Origin: Candidatus Woesearchaeota archaeon
GTDB lineage: Archaea > Nanobdellota > Nanobdellia > Pacearchaeales > GW2011-AR1
NCBI GenBank assembly: GCA_964554415.1
Contig: CAZKON010000005.1
Coordinates: 1-32,000, forward strand
DNA: 32,000 nt
Reading direction: 5' to 3'
The notes beneath the pieces are model-generated. The model was not told the DNA's origin. It did not search any database and was given only the letters and a program-made list of their open reading frames with translations. Below are positions 23,212 through 32,000 of this stretch, piece after piece; the first letter of the stretch is position 1; the number at the start of each line of letters is the position of its first letter. The translations under genes and the position numbers were made by a program.

Positions 23212-24315
23212 ATGTTTGACTTTTTAAGAAAGAAAATTACAGGATGGCTTGGTAAGAAGGAAAAGAAGGTAAGTAAAAAGAACAAAAAAGAGAGCAAGAA
23301 AAAAAAGACAGAGAAAAAATCTCGGAAAGGTGAAGAAAAAAAGAAAAAAACGCAGGTAATTCTCACCGAGCAGGTTCATTCAAGTAAAGAAACAGAATTA
23401 ATCAGTCAGTCGCCGAGCCAGCAAGAAGAACAAACAAGAGAAAATTTCTTCACGCGCCTTGTCAGGCGTATTGTCACTTCAAAGCTTACCTCAGAGCAAT
23501 TCGACGAGATATTTATGGAGCTTGAACTGACACTGCTGGAAAACAATGTCGCTCTCGAAGCAGTAGACAAAATCAGGGAGCGCCTTGCTGCTCAATTAGT
23601 TGGGAAAGAAACAAAAAAATCAGACGCACCTGCATTCGTTCTTACTGCCCTAAAAGATTCTGTCCTTTCTTTATTAATTGAACCTCCGAATCTGTTCGAA
23701 CAAATCAAATCCTCTTCCTCCACATATATCATCCTTTTCTTCGGAATCAATGGCACAGGTAAAACAACTTCTGTGGCAAAGCTAGCGCATTTTCTGAAAA
23801 AACAAGGCATCTCTTGTGTCCTTGCAGCCGCCGATACATTCAGAGCTGCTTCCATTGAACAGCTTAAAACACATGCTGAACGCCTCAAAATGCCTTGCAT
23901 CGCCTCGCAGTACGGTGCAGACCCTGCTTCTGTTGCTTTTGATGCCATCGCTTACGCAAAAAAGCACACTCTCAAAGCAGTGATTATTGATACTGCCGGC
24001 CGTATGTATACCCAAGAGAATTTGCTCAAGGAAATGGAAAAAATTGTTCGTGTTACGAAGCCAAACCTCAAGCTCTTCGTCGGCGAGTCAATAACAGGAA
24101 ATGATGTAATTGATCAGGCAAAAACTTTCAACGAATCAATCGGAATAGATGGAATAATTCTCACAAAAGCAGACATAGACGAAAAAGCAGGCGCAATTCT
24201 TTCTGTTTCCCATGTCACAGGAAAGCCGATTTATTTCTTGGGTACCGGACAGGGTTATGACGATTTGACGCCCTTTACGAAAAAGGCAGTGTTGAAGAAT
24301 TTAGGGTTAGAATAA
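23212..24315 (+). CDS. ftsY: Signal recognition particle receptor FtsY
   Basis: Lys/Glu-rich A region followed by an NG domain with GINGTGKTTS, DTAGR and TKADIDEKAG motifs. Confidence 0.95.
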   Translation: MFDFLRKKITGWLGKKEKKVSKKNKKESKKKKTEKKSRKGEEKKKKTQVILTEQVHSSKETELISQSPSQQEEQTRENFFTRLVRRIVTSKLTSEQFDEIFMELELTLLENNVALEAVDKIRERLAAQLVGKETKKSDAPAFVLTALKDSVLSLLIEPPNLFEQIKSSSSTYIILFFGINGTGKTTSVAKLAHFLKKQGISCVLAAADTFRAASIEQLKTHAERLKMPCIASQYGADPASVAFDAIAYAKKHTLKAVIIDTAGRMYTQENLLKEMEKIVRVTKPNLKLFVGESITGNDVIDQAKTFNESIGIDGIILTKADIDEKAGAILSVSHVTGKPIYFLGTGQGYDDLTPFTKKAVLKNLGLE

Positions 24316-24316
24316 C

Positions 24317-24769
24317 ATGATATTCCTCCACCTTATCTTCGGGCTTGTTGTAGGCAGCCTTTATGGAAATTATACGTTATTTTTTATTGGAGCGTCCATG
24401 CTTCCTGACATCGACCATTTCTATTTGATTTTAAAGCACAATCTCTTCTCCATAAGAAGTGCTATCAAAGTTCTCAAAAAAGAGGAACGGCACGGTATTC
24501 ACTTCAAAACCCCATTCATGCATTCCATCTTCGGTCTCCTTGTATGTTCGCTTCTTTTTTTTGTCATAACACAGAACTCAAAGTTAACACTCTTCCTTGG
24601 GCTCATGTATCTCTCTCATCTCCTCCTCGACTGGCCGGATATCGATAAAAAACAATATTTCTTCCCTTATAAAAAAGAGTTTAGAGGATTCCTCCCTATC
24701 TGGTCAAAAACAGAGAAGATTATTACGTTAATTGCACTGGTCGCCGTAGCCATTATTTACATGCTATAG
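24317..24769 (+). CDS. DUF457/YdjM-like membrane-bound metal-dependent hydrolase
   Basis: Multi-TM protein with PDIDH, HS and DWPDID motifs. Starts 2 nt after the ftsY stop. Confidence 0.6.
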   Translation: MIFLHLIFGLVVGSLYGNYTLFFIGASMLPDIDHFYLILKHNLFSIRSAIKVLKKEERHGIHFKTPFMHSIFGLLVCSLLFFVITQNSKLTLFLGLMYLSHLLLDWPDIDKKQYFFPYKKEFRGFLPIWSKTEKIITLIALVAVAIIYML

Positions 24770-24803
24770 AGGATTTTGACAAACCCCTAAAGTCCTCCAT
24801 AGA
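24765..24803. repeat. Solo hairpin related to the MITE termini (TATAGAGGATTTTG-ACAAACCCC-TAAAGTCCTCCATAGA)
   Basis: Imperfect inverted arms. The loop AAACCCCTA is shared with 17021-17031. It overlaps the TAG stop of the upstream gene. Confidence 0.6.
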
Positions 24804-24814
24804 AACTCTTCACG

Positions 24815-25513
24815 TTACTGCAAAGGCTTCTTCGCTTTAAATGCAGAATGGCCAAAAAGACCGATATCATACATCTCCTTTTGATGAAGAGCAGCAAGAA
24901 AGATATCTTCTTCAGCCCGTGTAACAAGACCAACACGCTTTAATAAAAAACGAAGCGGTCTGACAAGGTTTGCACGTCGGTCAACATCCTGCATAGAAGG
25001 ACCGATTGCTCTCGTCGTATCGCGCAATTCAATGTCTTTAAATCCTGCTTTTTGCAATGCACCCTTCATTTCTGCAGGAGTACACATTGCTGTAAGCGCA
25101 AATCCCTTACAGTAATTCTGGTCAAGCACTCGTTCCCGATCAGTAGAAGGTTTCCGAAGATACACACCATCCTGAATAACGAGAATCCCTTCAGGCTTTA
25201 AAATACGGTACATCTCCTGATAGAGGGGTAAGGGGTTAGGAGAGGCATAGCAAAAACTTTCAATGGCAAAAATCTTATCAAATTGCTTATCGTCAAAACC
25301 AGTATCAAAATAATTACGCTGAAGAAACAGTACGCGTTTAGCAAGGTCGCGTTGCTGCAAGAAGCGATGAGCATAACGGATTTGCTCATCAGAAATCGTA
25401 ATACCAATATAACGAGTGTCAGTATGCTCGGCAAGCCACAACGACGCGCCTCCAACACTGCATCCTGCATCTAAGATAAGTTCTCCTGTTTGCGGACGAA
25501 TCAATTCTTTCAC
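24815..25513 (-). CDS. Class I SAM-dependent methyltransferase, catalytic part (downstream of an in-frame TGA)
   Basis: Motif I ILDAGCSVGG and post-I/II blocks (YIGITIS, ILKPEGILVI). The GTG 'start' lies 2 codons after an in-frame TGA. Confidence 0.75.
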   Translation of the reverse strand: MKELIRPQTGELILDAGCSVGGASLWLAEHTDTRYIGITISDEQIRYAHRFLQQRDLAKRVLFLQRNYFDTGFDDKQFDKIFAIESFCYASPNPLPLYQEMYRILKPEGILVIQDGVYLRKPSTDRERVLDQNYCKGFALTAMCTPAEMKGALQKAGFKDIELRDTTRAIGPSMQDVDRRANLVRPLRFLLKRVGLVTRAEEDIFLAALHQKEMYDIGLFGHSAFKAKKPLQ

Positions 25514-25516
25514 AAG

Positions 25517-25720
25517 TCAATATTGATTAAGAAAGGCTTCACTTCGAGGAGTTTTGGGAGTTTCATAAAAACCGTAATGAATACCTAAACTTTCTTGATC
25601 ATACCAGAACCGATGATACCACTTAGTAACGCGATTATAAAAATCACTCACTCGACGAATATGTTTCTGGGGACTTGCATCAGAGAGAAGAGTTGAATGA
25701 GAAAATGTATGGGATCTCAT
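25517..25720 (-). CDS. N-terminal fragment of the same methyltransferase
   Basis: Same frame as 24815..25513. FYNRVTKWYHRFWYDQESLGIHYGFY is the usual N-terminal region of this methyltransferase class. ATGA overlap with the NUDIX gene. Confidence 0.6.
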   Translation of the reverse strand: MRSHTFSHSTLLSDASPQKHIRRVSDFYNRVTKWYHRFWYDQESLGIHYGFYETPKTPRSEAFLNQY

Positions 25721-26211
25721 GGAAAAAGTTGTTCTGGTAAGTTTTTAATCTTTTCTCTCCACCTCTCCAAAAAAGGTACGAGTGAAGGATAGACCATCTT
25801 CCTTGCTCTCTCCAGACTAAAAAATCCCGCCTTGTCAACCTCTGCAAATCGTATCTTTCTCCCGCTTCTCGGCGGCCACTCCATCTCCACCCAACTTTTA
25901 CAAACTAACAATCCAGACCAATCCCCCTCAATAGCCCAGATATTAATTTCTTTTCCGTCTTTGCGCTTAATGTTCCCCAAAGAAACAAACTCTTCTTTTT
26001 TTCTGGAAGAAACATCAATCCCCGTCTCTTCTTTTATCTCTCTGATAGCTGCGCCCAACAAGTCTTCCCCCTCTTTTACTTCACCTTTCGGGATATCCCA
26101 TGCATGCTCATCCTTACCTGCCCAAAAAGGCCCACCAGGATGCACAAGAAATACCTTTACCACTTTCTCACTCTTCTTCCACAAAAGAAGGCCTGCACTT
26201 ACTTTCATCAT
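25717..26211 (-). CDS. NUDIX hydrolase (COG4119-like)
   Basis: Nudix box GEVKEGEDLLGAAIREIKEETGI. LVHPGGPFWAGKDEHAWDIPKGE. Start set at the internal ATG (MMKVSAGLLLW). Confidence 0.8.
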   Translation of the reverse strand: MMKVSAGLLLWKKSEKVVKVFLVHPGGPFWAGKDEHAWDIPKGEVKEGEDLLGAAIREIKEETGIDVSSRKKEEFVSLGNIKRKDGKEINIWAIEGDWSGLLVCKSWVEMEWPPRSGRKIRFAEVDKAGFFSLERARKMVYPSLVPFLERWREKIKNLPEQLFP

Positions 26212-26234
26212 TCCTCTTAATAAAAAGCTGGATA

Positions 26235-26561
26235 TTAAAACCTGCCTGCCAAAATAGGGTAAAGAACATATCCAATTCCAATAGTCACACATAGTACAAA
26301 ATAGATTATTAATATGATTCTATATTGTTGCATCCGTTCATCGTAGTAATAAACGCTCTTTTTTGAAAGTATTGCCCTAATTAGTCTGCTTTCTGCGCTA
26401 TTCCATCCTCCACTGGCAAAAAGAGAGTTCGGCAAATCGCTAGACTGCTCAGGATATGAAATTCGGATATAACGCAAGACTGTACCGCTCAACCAGTACC
26501 ATCCTGCAAATAAAGCAGCGCATAACAATGCGCCAATAACAAAATATATTACACTAACCAT
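26235..26561 (-). CDS. Small membrane protein (2 TM)
   Basis: ATG 26561 lies 26 nt from the minus-strand TATA (plus CTATTTAAAC, 26582-26591). Two hydrophobic segments. Confidence 0.55.
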   Translation of the reverse strand: MVSVIYFVIGALLCAALFAGWYWLSGTVLRYIRISYPEQSSDLPNSLFASGGWNSAESRLIRAILSKKSVYYYDERMQQYRIILIIYFVLCVTIGIGYVLYPILAGRF

Positions 26562-26672
26562 TAACAAAAAAAGTATGCATTCTATTTAAACATTCTCCGC
26601 AATTCACTATAGAGCTATGCTTACGGTAGCGTAAACCGTAAATTTATTAACTCTCGTTTTGCTTGTTTTTTG

Positions 26673-28046
26673 ATGTTAGAGAAGCTTTCTTCTGTTCTGA
26701 AGAAAACAACAGACAAGATAGCGAACGCTATTTTTCTCGACAAAAATTTTGTTGAGCAAATTGTCCGCGATTTACAACGCGCCCTGATTGAGGCAGACGT
26801 AAATGTCGCTCTTGTCCTGGAGCTCACAAAAAAAATCAAGCAGGCAGCCTTGGACGAGCGCATTACAGGATTAGAGAAGAAAGAGCAAATCATCAAACTC
26901 CTGCACGATGAACTTATCAGGATTTTAGGTGAGAAACGCGAGATTAGGCTCAAAGAAAAAGGCAATGTCTTCATGCTGCTTGGCCTCTACGGCTCAGGTA
27001 AAACAACCTCGATAGCAAAACTTGCATCCTATTATGCTAAAAGAGGCACAAAAGTCTGCGCTCTGGGATTGGACGTCCACCGCCCGGCAGCCTCAGAACA
27101 GCTAAAACAATTGTGTGACAAGCTTAATATTCCGGCGTTTATAGCGCCTGAAGAAAAAGACCCAAAGAAAATTTACAAGCACTTCGAACCAGAATTGAAG
27201 AAATATTCGCTGGTTTTAATAGATACAGCAGGTCGTGACGCGCTCTCCTCAGATTTAATAAAAGAAACAAAAGATATTACAAAAATTGCCAAGCCAACAG
27301 AAACCTTTCTTATTATGTCTGCAGATGTCGGACAAACAGCGAAAAAGCAAGCCCAGATATTCAAAGAAGCAGTTACAATCACTGGAGTTATTATTACAAA
27401 AATGGACTCCACTGCCAAGGCAGGCGGTTCTCTAACTGCCTGCGCAGAGGTACAATCTCCTGTAGTTTTCATCGGAGTGGGTGAAAAACCATCTGATTTG
27501 GAAACTTTTGACCCAGAGTCATTTCTTTCTCGTCTCCTTGGTTTAGGCGACTTAAAATCTTTGATGGAAAAAATACAGAGCGTAGTTGACAAAGATAAGA
27601 TTGCAGAACAGCAGAAAAAATTAAATGAAGGTAAATTCACGCTTGACGACTTCGCAGCACAATTAGAGTCAATGAGTAATGTTGGCTCATTTGATAAGTT
27701 ACTCTCGCATTTACCGGGATTTGGAAACTTTAAAGAAAAGTTCAATGAAACTGCTATCCAAAAACAAGAGAACTTAACTAAAGGCTGGAAAGCCGCAATC
27801 AAATCAATGACTCTCGCAGAAAAAGAGAATCCTGAAATAATAGAAAAGCAGACTTCTCGTCTTCAGCGCATTGCAAAAGGTTCCGGCACGTCAACATCAA
27901 ATGTTCGTGCCTTGATAAAACAATATAAACTCTTAAAAGAAGTTATAACATCAGGTATAGACTCAAAGATTGCTGAGCAAGGATCGTTCGACCAAAAAAC
28001 AATGATGAAACTCGCCAGGAAATTTGCGAGAAAAGTGAGGTTGTGA
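26673..28046 (+). CDS. srp54: Signal recognition particle protein SRP54
   Basis: N, G and M domains with GLYGSGKTTS, DTAGR and TKMDSTAKAGG motifs. ATG 26673 is 27 nt from TATA AAATTTATTAA. Confidence 0.95.
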   Translation: MLEKLSSVLKKTTDKIANAIFLDKNFVEQIVRDLQRALIEADVNVALVLELTKKIKQAALDERITGLEKKEQIIKLLHDELIRILGEKREIRLKEKGNVFMLLGLYGSGKTTSIAKLASYYAKRGTKVCALGLDVHRPAASEQLKQLCDKLNIPAFIAPEEKDPKKIYKHFEPELKKYSLVLIDTAGRDALSSDLIKETKDITKIAKPTETFLIMSADVGQTAKKQAQIFKEAVTITGVIITKMDSTAKAGGSLTACAEVQSPVVFIGVGEKPSDLETFDPESFLSRLLGLGDLKSLMEKIQSVVDKDKIAEQQKKLNEGKFTLDDFAAQLESMSNVGSFDKLLSHLPGFGNFKEKFNETAIQKQENLTKGWKAAIKSMTLAEKENPEIIEKQTSRLQRIAKGSGTSTSNVRALIKQYKLLKEVITSGIDSKIAEQGSFDQKTMMKLARKFARKVRL

Positions 28047-28055
28047 AAGAAAACA

Positions 28056-28298
28056 ATGAAAATATACTCTTCCTCACCTATGCCGCGCGACACGTTTTTC
28101 TCTCATGATTTAACAAGTAAAATACTAAATGAGTATATTGTTTACATTCCTCTAATAACACGTTTCTGTAAGGAAAATAATGCAAAATTAAGAAGTTTGA
28201 AGGTAACAAGTGAGAAAGGATATGAAGAGCTCTTGTGTGTATTCAATGACGACCTCGGTGGTTACACAATTAGAGAAATAGGGGATTCTCTCGTATAA
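28056..28298 (+). CDS. Hypothetical small protein (80 aa)
   Basis: Tightly packed between srp54 and bud32 on the same strand. No motif recognised. Confidence 0.4.
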   Translation: MKIYSSSPMPRDTFFSHDLTSKILNEYIVYIPLITRFCKENNAKLRSLKVTSEKGYEELLCVFNDDLGGYTIREIGDSLV

Positions 28299-28302
28299 TA
28301 AA

Positions 28303-28923
28303 ATGTCAAAACAAAAACTCCTTGCGCAGGGAGCAGAAGCAAAAATATTCCTCATAAATAATAAAATTGTAAAGTCTCGTATTCCTAAAGGATATCGCCT
28401 GCCTCTTCTTGATGAAAAACTCAGGCAACAAAGAACAAGAAAAGAAGCAAAATTGCTGCGAAAAGCCTCTCTGCTTATCCCGGTTCCAAAAGCTCTTTCT
28501 TCATCGCAATATGATATTTCTCTTGAATATATTAAAGGCAAAAAACTCTCTGTTCATCTAGACTTGTTTTCTGCGCAAAAAGCAAAATCTATCTGCATTC
28601 TCTTAGGCAAACAGATAGCAAAACTCCACGATGAAGGCATCATTCACGGCGACCTTACAACTTCCAATATGATCCTCACGCCAAATAGTAAGCTTTATTT
28701 CCTTGATTTCGGTCTTGGTTTTGAGTCACATAAAGTCGAAGATCGCGCAGTAGACATTCATTTAATTAAAGAAGCATTTGAAGCAAAGCATTTTGCCCGC
28801 TCATCAGCATATTTTGCGGCAATGGTTAAAGGTTACAAAAAAAGCGGGAAAGTAAAAGAAACCCTGCAGCGCCTTGCCAATATTGAGAAAAGAGGACGCT
28901 ACAAACAACAGAATTATTCATAG
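28303..28923 (+). CDS. bud32: KEOPS-complex Bud32/PRPK-type kinase
   Basis: Small RIO-like kinase: GAEAKIF, catalytic HGDLTTSNMIL, DFGL, and VEDRAVDIHLIKEAFEAKH. Confidence 0.9.
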   Translation: MSKQKLLAQGAEAKIFLINNKIVKSRIPKGYRLPLLDEKLRQQRTRKEAKLLRKASLLIPVPKALSSSQYDISLEYIKGKKLSVHLDLFSAQKAKSICILLGKQIAKLHDEGIIHGDLTTSNMILTPNSKLYFLDFGLGFESHKVEDRAVDIHLIKEAFEAKHFARSSAYFAAMVKGYKKSGKVKETLQRLANIEKRGRYKQQNYS

Positions 28924-28934
28924 CATTATAGCTA

Positions 28935-29301
28935 TATCGAATAACTTTAATATTCGTAGTTCTTTAGTTGTTCTACAGATAGGGAATCACATACATATAT
29001 TACGATTATTAATGTGATTCCCTATAACAACATTAAACTTTGACCGTTTTGTTGTCAGCTATCAATGGAAAGACGTACAATATTGGTTGATTACTTACTT
29101 CTCTTTCCCTACACTCAACCCATAAATGCATCTTTTAATAGGGACGATTTTGAGTTATAGCGAATAACTTTAATTTCCTTAGTTGTTTTGTTATTCTATA
29201 GATAGGAAACCTTAGGGATTTGCTAATCCCTGATGGTGCTCAAGAATCTGAGGATTCTTGACATCACATCAGAAATTACGATTATTAAAGTGATTTCCTA
29301 T
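28935..29301. repeat. Two diverged copies of a ~90-nt unit, each ending in a long hairpin; copy 2 carries an internal ~54-nt insertion
   Basis: Shared blocks are CGAATAACTTTAAT (28938/29161), TTAGTTGTT and ATTACGATTATTAA. The copy 1 hairpin is 28979-28992/29012-29025 (14 bp, perfect). Confidence 0.7.
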
Positions 29302-32000
29302 AATCGCGCCCGCATAGGAAGACTATGACGCTTTCGCAAAGTTAGTACAATTATCGTAGCTACTATGCCTGCGAGAAGCACAACTGCAAGTATAATCCAA
29401 GTCCATGTTAAAATGAACATATCATTACTCTCTTCAGACGTACTTGTCCCAGGTATAGTTGGACGAATCTGACGCACAGTCTTATTTCCAGGCCCAGGTA
29501 TCGTGCATACACGCGTCTCTGGCGCAGGCTTATTAAGCGTTGAGTTGCATGCACGAGTATCAATGCACGTCTTATTTTGTTTGCCATTTACGCAAGTACC
29601 AAATGTACACTGCCATTGTGCTCTGCATGGCGCAAAGTCGCCTCCACCACCACCTCCACCACTAACTACTTGAGGTGCATTGCCTCCAGGAGGTGGCTGA
29701 GGCGCAGAACAAGCGCCGCAATCAGCAGAACAAACTGAACAACTCTCACCAAGCTTTTCCTGACAGACTCTATTACCACAGACAGGCGCTTCAGTAATCT
29801 CAAAGGTAGAGAAATTTGTGACATTTACAATGAGAATTCCTAATGTTTTATTGTAAAGAATGGATGTGCAAATCTGTTGCGTGCAAGGCTTACCATTATA
29901 CAAAACTAAAGGACGCTCAAGCTCAACTTCCCAGAATACAACTTGTGCGCGTCTGTTCAGAAGAGGTAGTTTCTCACTTAATACCTTAACCTTATTAGCT
30001 CCAAACAAAAGAGAACGAAGCAGCAAGGAACTTTGTGTCTGTAATTGTTCAACACTCAGACTTTCATTATATACTATAGCAGCAGGATATTTTTTGCTCA
30101 AAATTACAGTACCTTGGGGCTCCAAGCCATTATCTCCACCTGAAAAAGCCTCAATTTCAAAATCAGCAATAGGATAACACTCAGCACATGCAGAATGGAT
30201 TGAATCTCGGCGATACATTGTCCATGTTTCTTCTTCAGATGTTGCAGAACTGTTAATATCCCAGACATATAGTGATCCACGTCTAAGAGGTTGATTGTTT
30301 GCAGCATTTATATCAAAAGAAGATGTACCTACAAGTTCAGCTTTGCCATCACCATCAAGATCAGCAACGACAGGAGATGCGACGCTTAAATACTGTGTTC
30401 CCTTAGGGAATCCAGCGACAAGCGTGCCATTTGCATGCCAGGCAAACACTCCTCCATTTTTGACATGCTTCTCATTTTTATCTACATAAGTCGCATCAAT
30501 AACAGTATTGCCGTTGGCAACAAGTATATCTTGCCTGCCATCTCCGCTGACATCTGCAATAGTGGGCCCATATTCAACAGCAAGTGCGGGAGAGGGCACT
30601 TTCTGAGGCCACCCTGCAACAGAAGTGCCATTTGCATGGCGTAAATCAACTAAATATTCATCAATATAACTCCCCGCAGTTAGTGTAGCAATCTCAATAT
30701 CAGAAGTGTCATCCACATTAACTAGTGCGGATGAGCCAACAGGATAACGCGCTACTGCATGATATCCAGTATGTTTAACAAAACCAAGCGATTGTGGATA
30801 ACCTTGGTAAAGAGTCCCATTGCCATGAAGCACGTAAAGCAAACCATCGATACGAGATAAGTTTTCCTCATCTTTACCGAGAGACATAATTCCTCCCACG
30901 ACAATATCATCTTTTCCATCTCGATTGAGGTCACCAACAACAGGCACGTAATTATTTGTAGGGTAAATCGGCAGGATAACAGGCCATCCTGGAACCACAG
31001 ACCCATCTGCGTTATAGACAATGATGGTTGCATTAATAGTTTCATAATCATAAATTGGAGCAACTGCAACAACAATCTCAAGTTCAGGATCATCATCAAA
31101 ATTGCCGACTGCAGGAGAGTATATCCCAAGAAAAGAAGACTGAGGAATAGCCCACTGGTTCACAATCTCAGTTCCCCTAATAATGCTAAGAGTTTCATTC
31201 GCTCCGGAAGGAACACCATTGCTCTGAACAATAATTTCATTTTCCAAATCACGGTCAAGATCAGCAACAACAAAACGAGGATAAATAGAAGTAGGAATCT
31301 CAATTGGCCAGCCATCTACAAGATAGCCTGCGGCGTTTAGCGCATAAAGTCTTGTAAGAATAGGACTAAGAGTTGCTGGCTTAATTGGAGTAATACTAAC
31401 GAGAATCTCATCGCGTGCATCATCCGTAATATCTCCAAGAACAGGTACGCTGAATGAAGATATCCCAACATTTCCTGCTGTCAAATCTCTCCCTACATCC
31501 GTTGACCAAACAAGAGAGCCATCTGCACGATAAACAAAGACAGTAGTATAAGGATCATAACCATAGCGTCCACGATAAATAATAATTTCCTGTCCGGAAT
31601 CCTCAACTAAATTACTCACGACAGGAACAAAGTCTCCTGCATATATACTCCCAACCTCGCCATAAGATAACGGCTGAGGGAAACCAGGGCGAAGTGTCGG
31701 ATCAAATAATAATCTGGTTTGGTTCTCAACAATTTCATGCTCTTGATAAATCAAACGAGCTTGAATATCATAAAGTCCTGCTTCACTAATGAAAGATGTA
31801 TTTAAGAAAAATCTCTGCTCTCGTGCTCCGAGATTATTACACAATTCCCGAGGAGCGGGCTTATATTCCTGACCTTTTGCAGGATTACATGATAAGAGAT
31901 GTGTAGTGCTCCAAGCATCTGTTCCAGTAGGACGATATTCAAGAGAATAACCTTTAATTTTCTCACGACTGGAAACAGAAGGATGGACACCGATAGACAG
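29298..32000 (-). CDS. FG-GAP/VCBS-repeat surface protein with a Cys-rich stalk and C-terminal TM anchor; 5'-partial (runs off the window)
   Basis: Repeated D.(D/N).DG..(D/E)I motifs (VADLDGDGKAELV, IADVSGDGRQDILV, VGDLNRDGKDDIVV). Gly run and C-terminal TM WIILAVVLLAGIVATIIVL. The frame stays open from 31845 to 32000, and the tracked 'M' at 31844 is a TTG. Confidence 0.85.
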   Translation of the reverse strand: MSIGVHPSVSSREKIKGYSLEYRPTGTDAWSTTHLLSCNPAKGQEYKPAPRELCNNLGAREQRFFLNTSFISEAGLYDIQARLIYQEHEIVENQTRLLFDPTLRPGFPQPLSYGEVGSIYAGDFVPVVSNLVEDSGQEIIIYRGRYGYDPYTTVFVYRADGSLVWSTDVGRDLTAGNVGISSFSVPVLGDITDDARDEILVSITPIKPATLSPILTRLYALNAAGYLVDGWPIEIPTSIYPRFVVADLDRDLENEIIVQSNGVPSGANETLSIIRGTEIVNQWAIPQSSFLGIYSPAVGNFDDDPELEIVVAVAPIYDYETINATIIVYNADGSVVPGWPVILPIYPTNNYVPVVGDLNRDGKDDIVVGGIMSLGKDEENLSRIDGLLYVLHGNGTLYQGYPQSLGFVKHTGYHAVARYPVGSSALVNVDDTSDIEIATLTAGSYIDEYLVDLRHANGTSVAGWPQKVPSPALAVEYGPTIADVSGDGRQDILVANGNTVIDATYVDKNEKHVKNGGVFAWHANGTLVAGFPKGTQYLSVASPVVADLDGDGKAELVGTSSFDINAANNQPLRRGSLYVWDINSSATSEEETWTMYRRDSIHSACAECYPIADFEIEAFSGGDNGLEPQGTVILSKKYPAAIVYNESLSVEQLQTQSSLLLRSLLFGANKVKVLSEKLPLLNRRAQVVFWEVELERPLVLYNGKPCTQQICTSILYNKTLGILIVNVTNFSTFEITEAPVCGNRVCQEKLGESCSVCSADCGACSAPQPPPGGNAPQVVSGGGGGGGDFAPCRAQWQCTFGTCVNGKQNKTCIDTRACNSTLNKPAPETRVCTIPGPGNKTVRQIRPTIPGTSTSEESNDMFILTWTWIILAVVLLAGIVATIIVLTLRKRHSLPMRARL

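Noticed and set aside
23245-23350. Lys/Glu-rich low-complexity tract as a repeat or frameshift-prone artefact
   Set aside because: It is in-frame, and it is typical of the charged A region of FtsY.
25517-25519. Genome-wide TGA reassignment as the explanation for the in-frame stop
   Set aside because: TGA terminates several well-supported genes here: srp54 at 28044-28046, and the ATGA-coupled stops at 14848, 16707 and 17861.
26621-27802. Minus-strand ORFs 26621..26974 and 27173..27802
   Set aside because: They lie antisense to the confidently identified srp54 gene.

Overview
This is an AT-rich archaeal chromosome segment. Recognisable core genes are ribosomal protein S8e, TFB, GINS51, FtsY, SRP54, Bud32 kinase and three tRNAs. 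A TTTAAATA-type box sits about 27 nt upstream of most first-gene start codons, which implies largely leaderless mRNAs. The mix of reduced informational genes, giant surface proteins and low G+C suggests an uncultured small-genome (DPANN-like) archaeon, but that lineage is inference. Four things stand out. (1) A 12.7-kb run of minus-strand genes (9344-22081) has no recognisable families apart from a membrane-anchored HerA/FtsK-type ATPase. It also holds four small secreted or anchored proteins, an untracked 43-aa RHH-like ORF, a 620-aa protein with a prepilin-like KKGQIS signal, and a 1835-aa secreted giant. I treat it as a candidate undescribed cell-surface or translocation apparatus. (2) A visibly G+C-rich block (~2340-5800) lies next to tRNA-Leu. 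A 13-nt copy of the tRNA 3' end recurs at 8299-8311, so this is a candidate integrated island, carrying a truncated DNA methyltransferase, orphan ORFs and an MNT/HEPN pair. (3) Almost every long intergenic spacer is filled with modular short hairpins (stems TCARRAA.../...TTYYTGA). These show MITE-like inverted termini, flip/flop orientation variants and filled-versus-empty insertion sites. (4) A SAM-methyltransferase gene is interrupted by an in-frame TGA. The ORF track translates TTG and GTG starts as M, so I revised several starts using promoter spacing.
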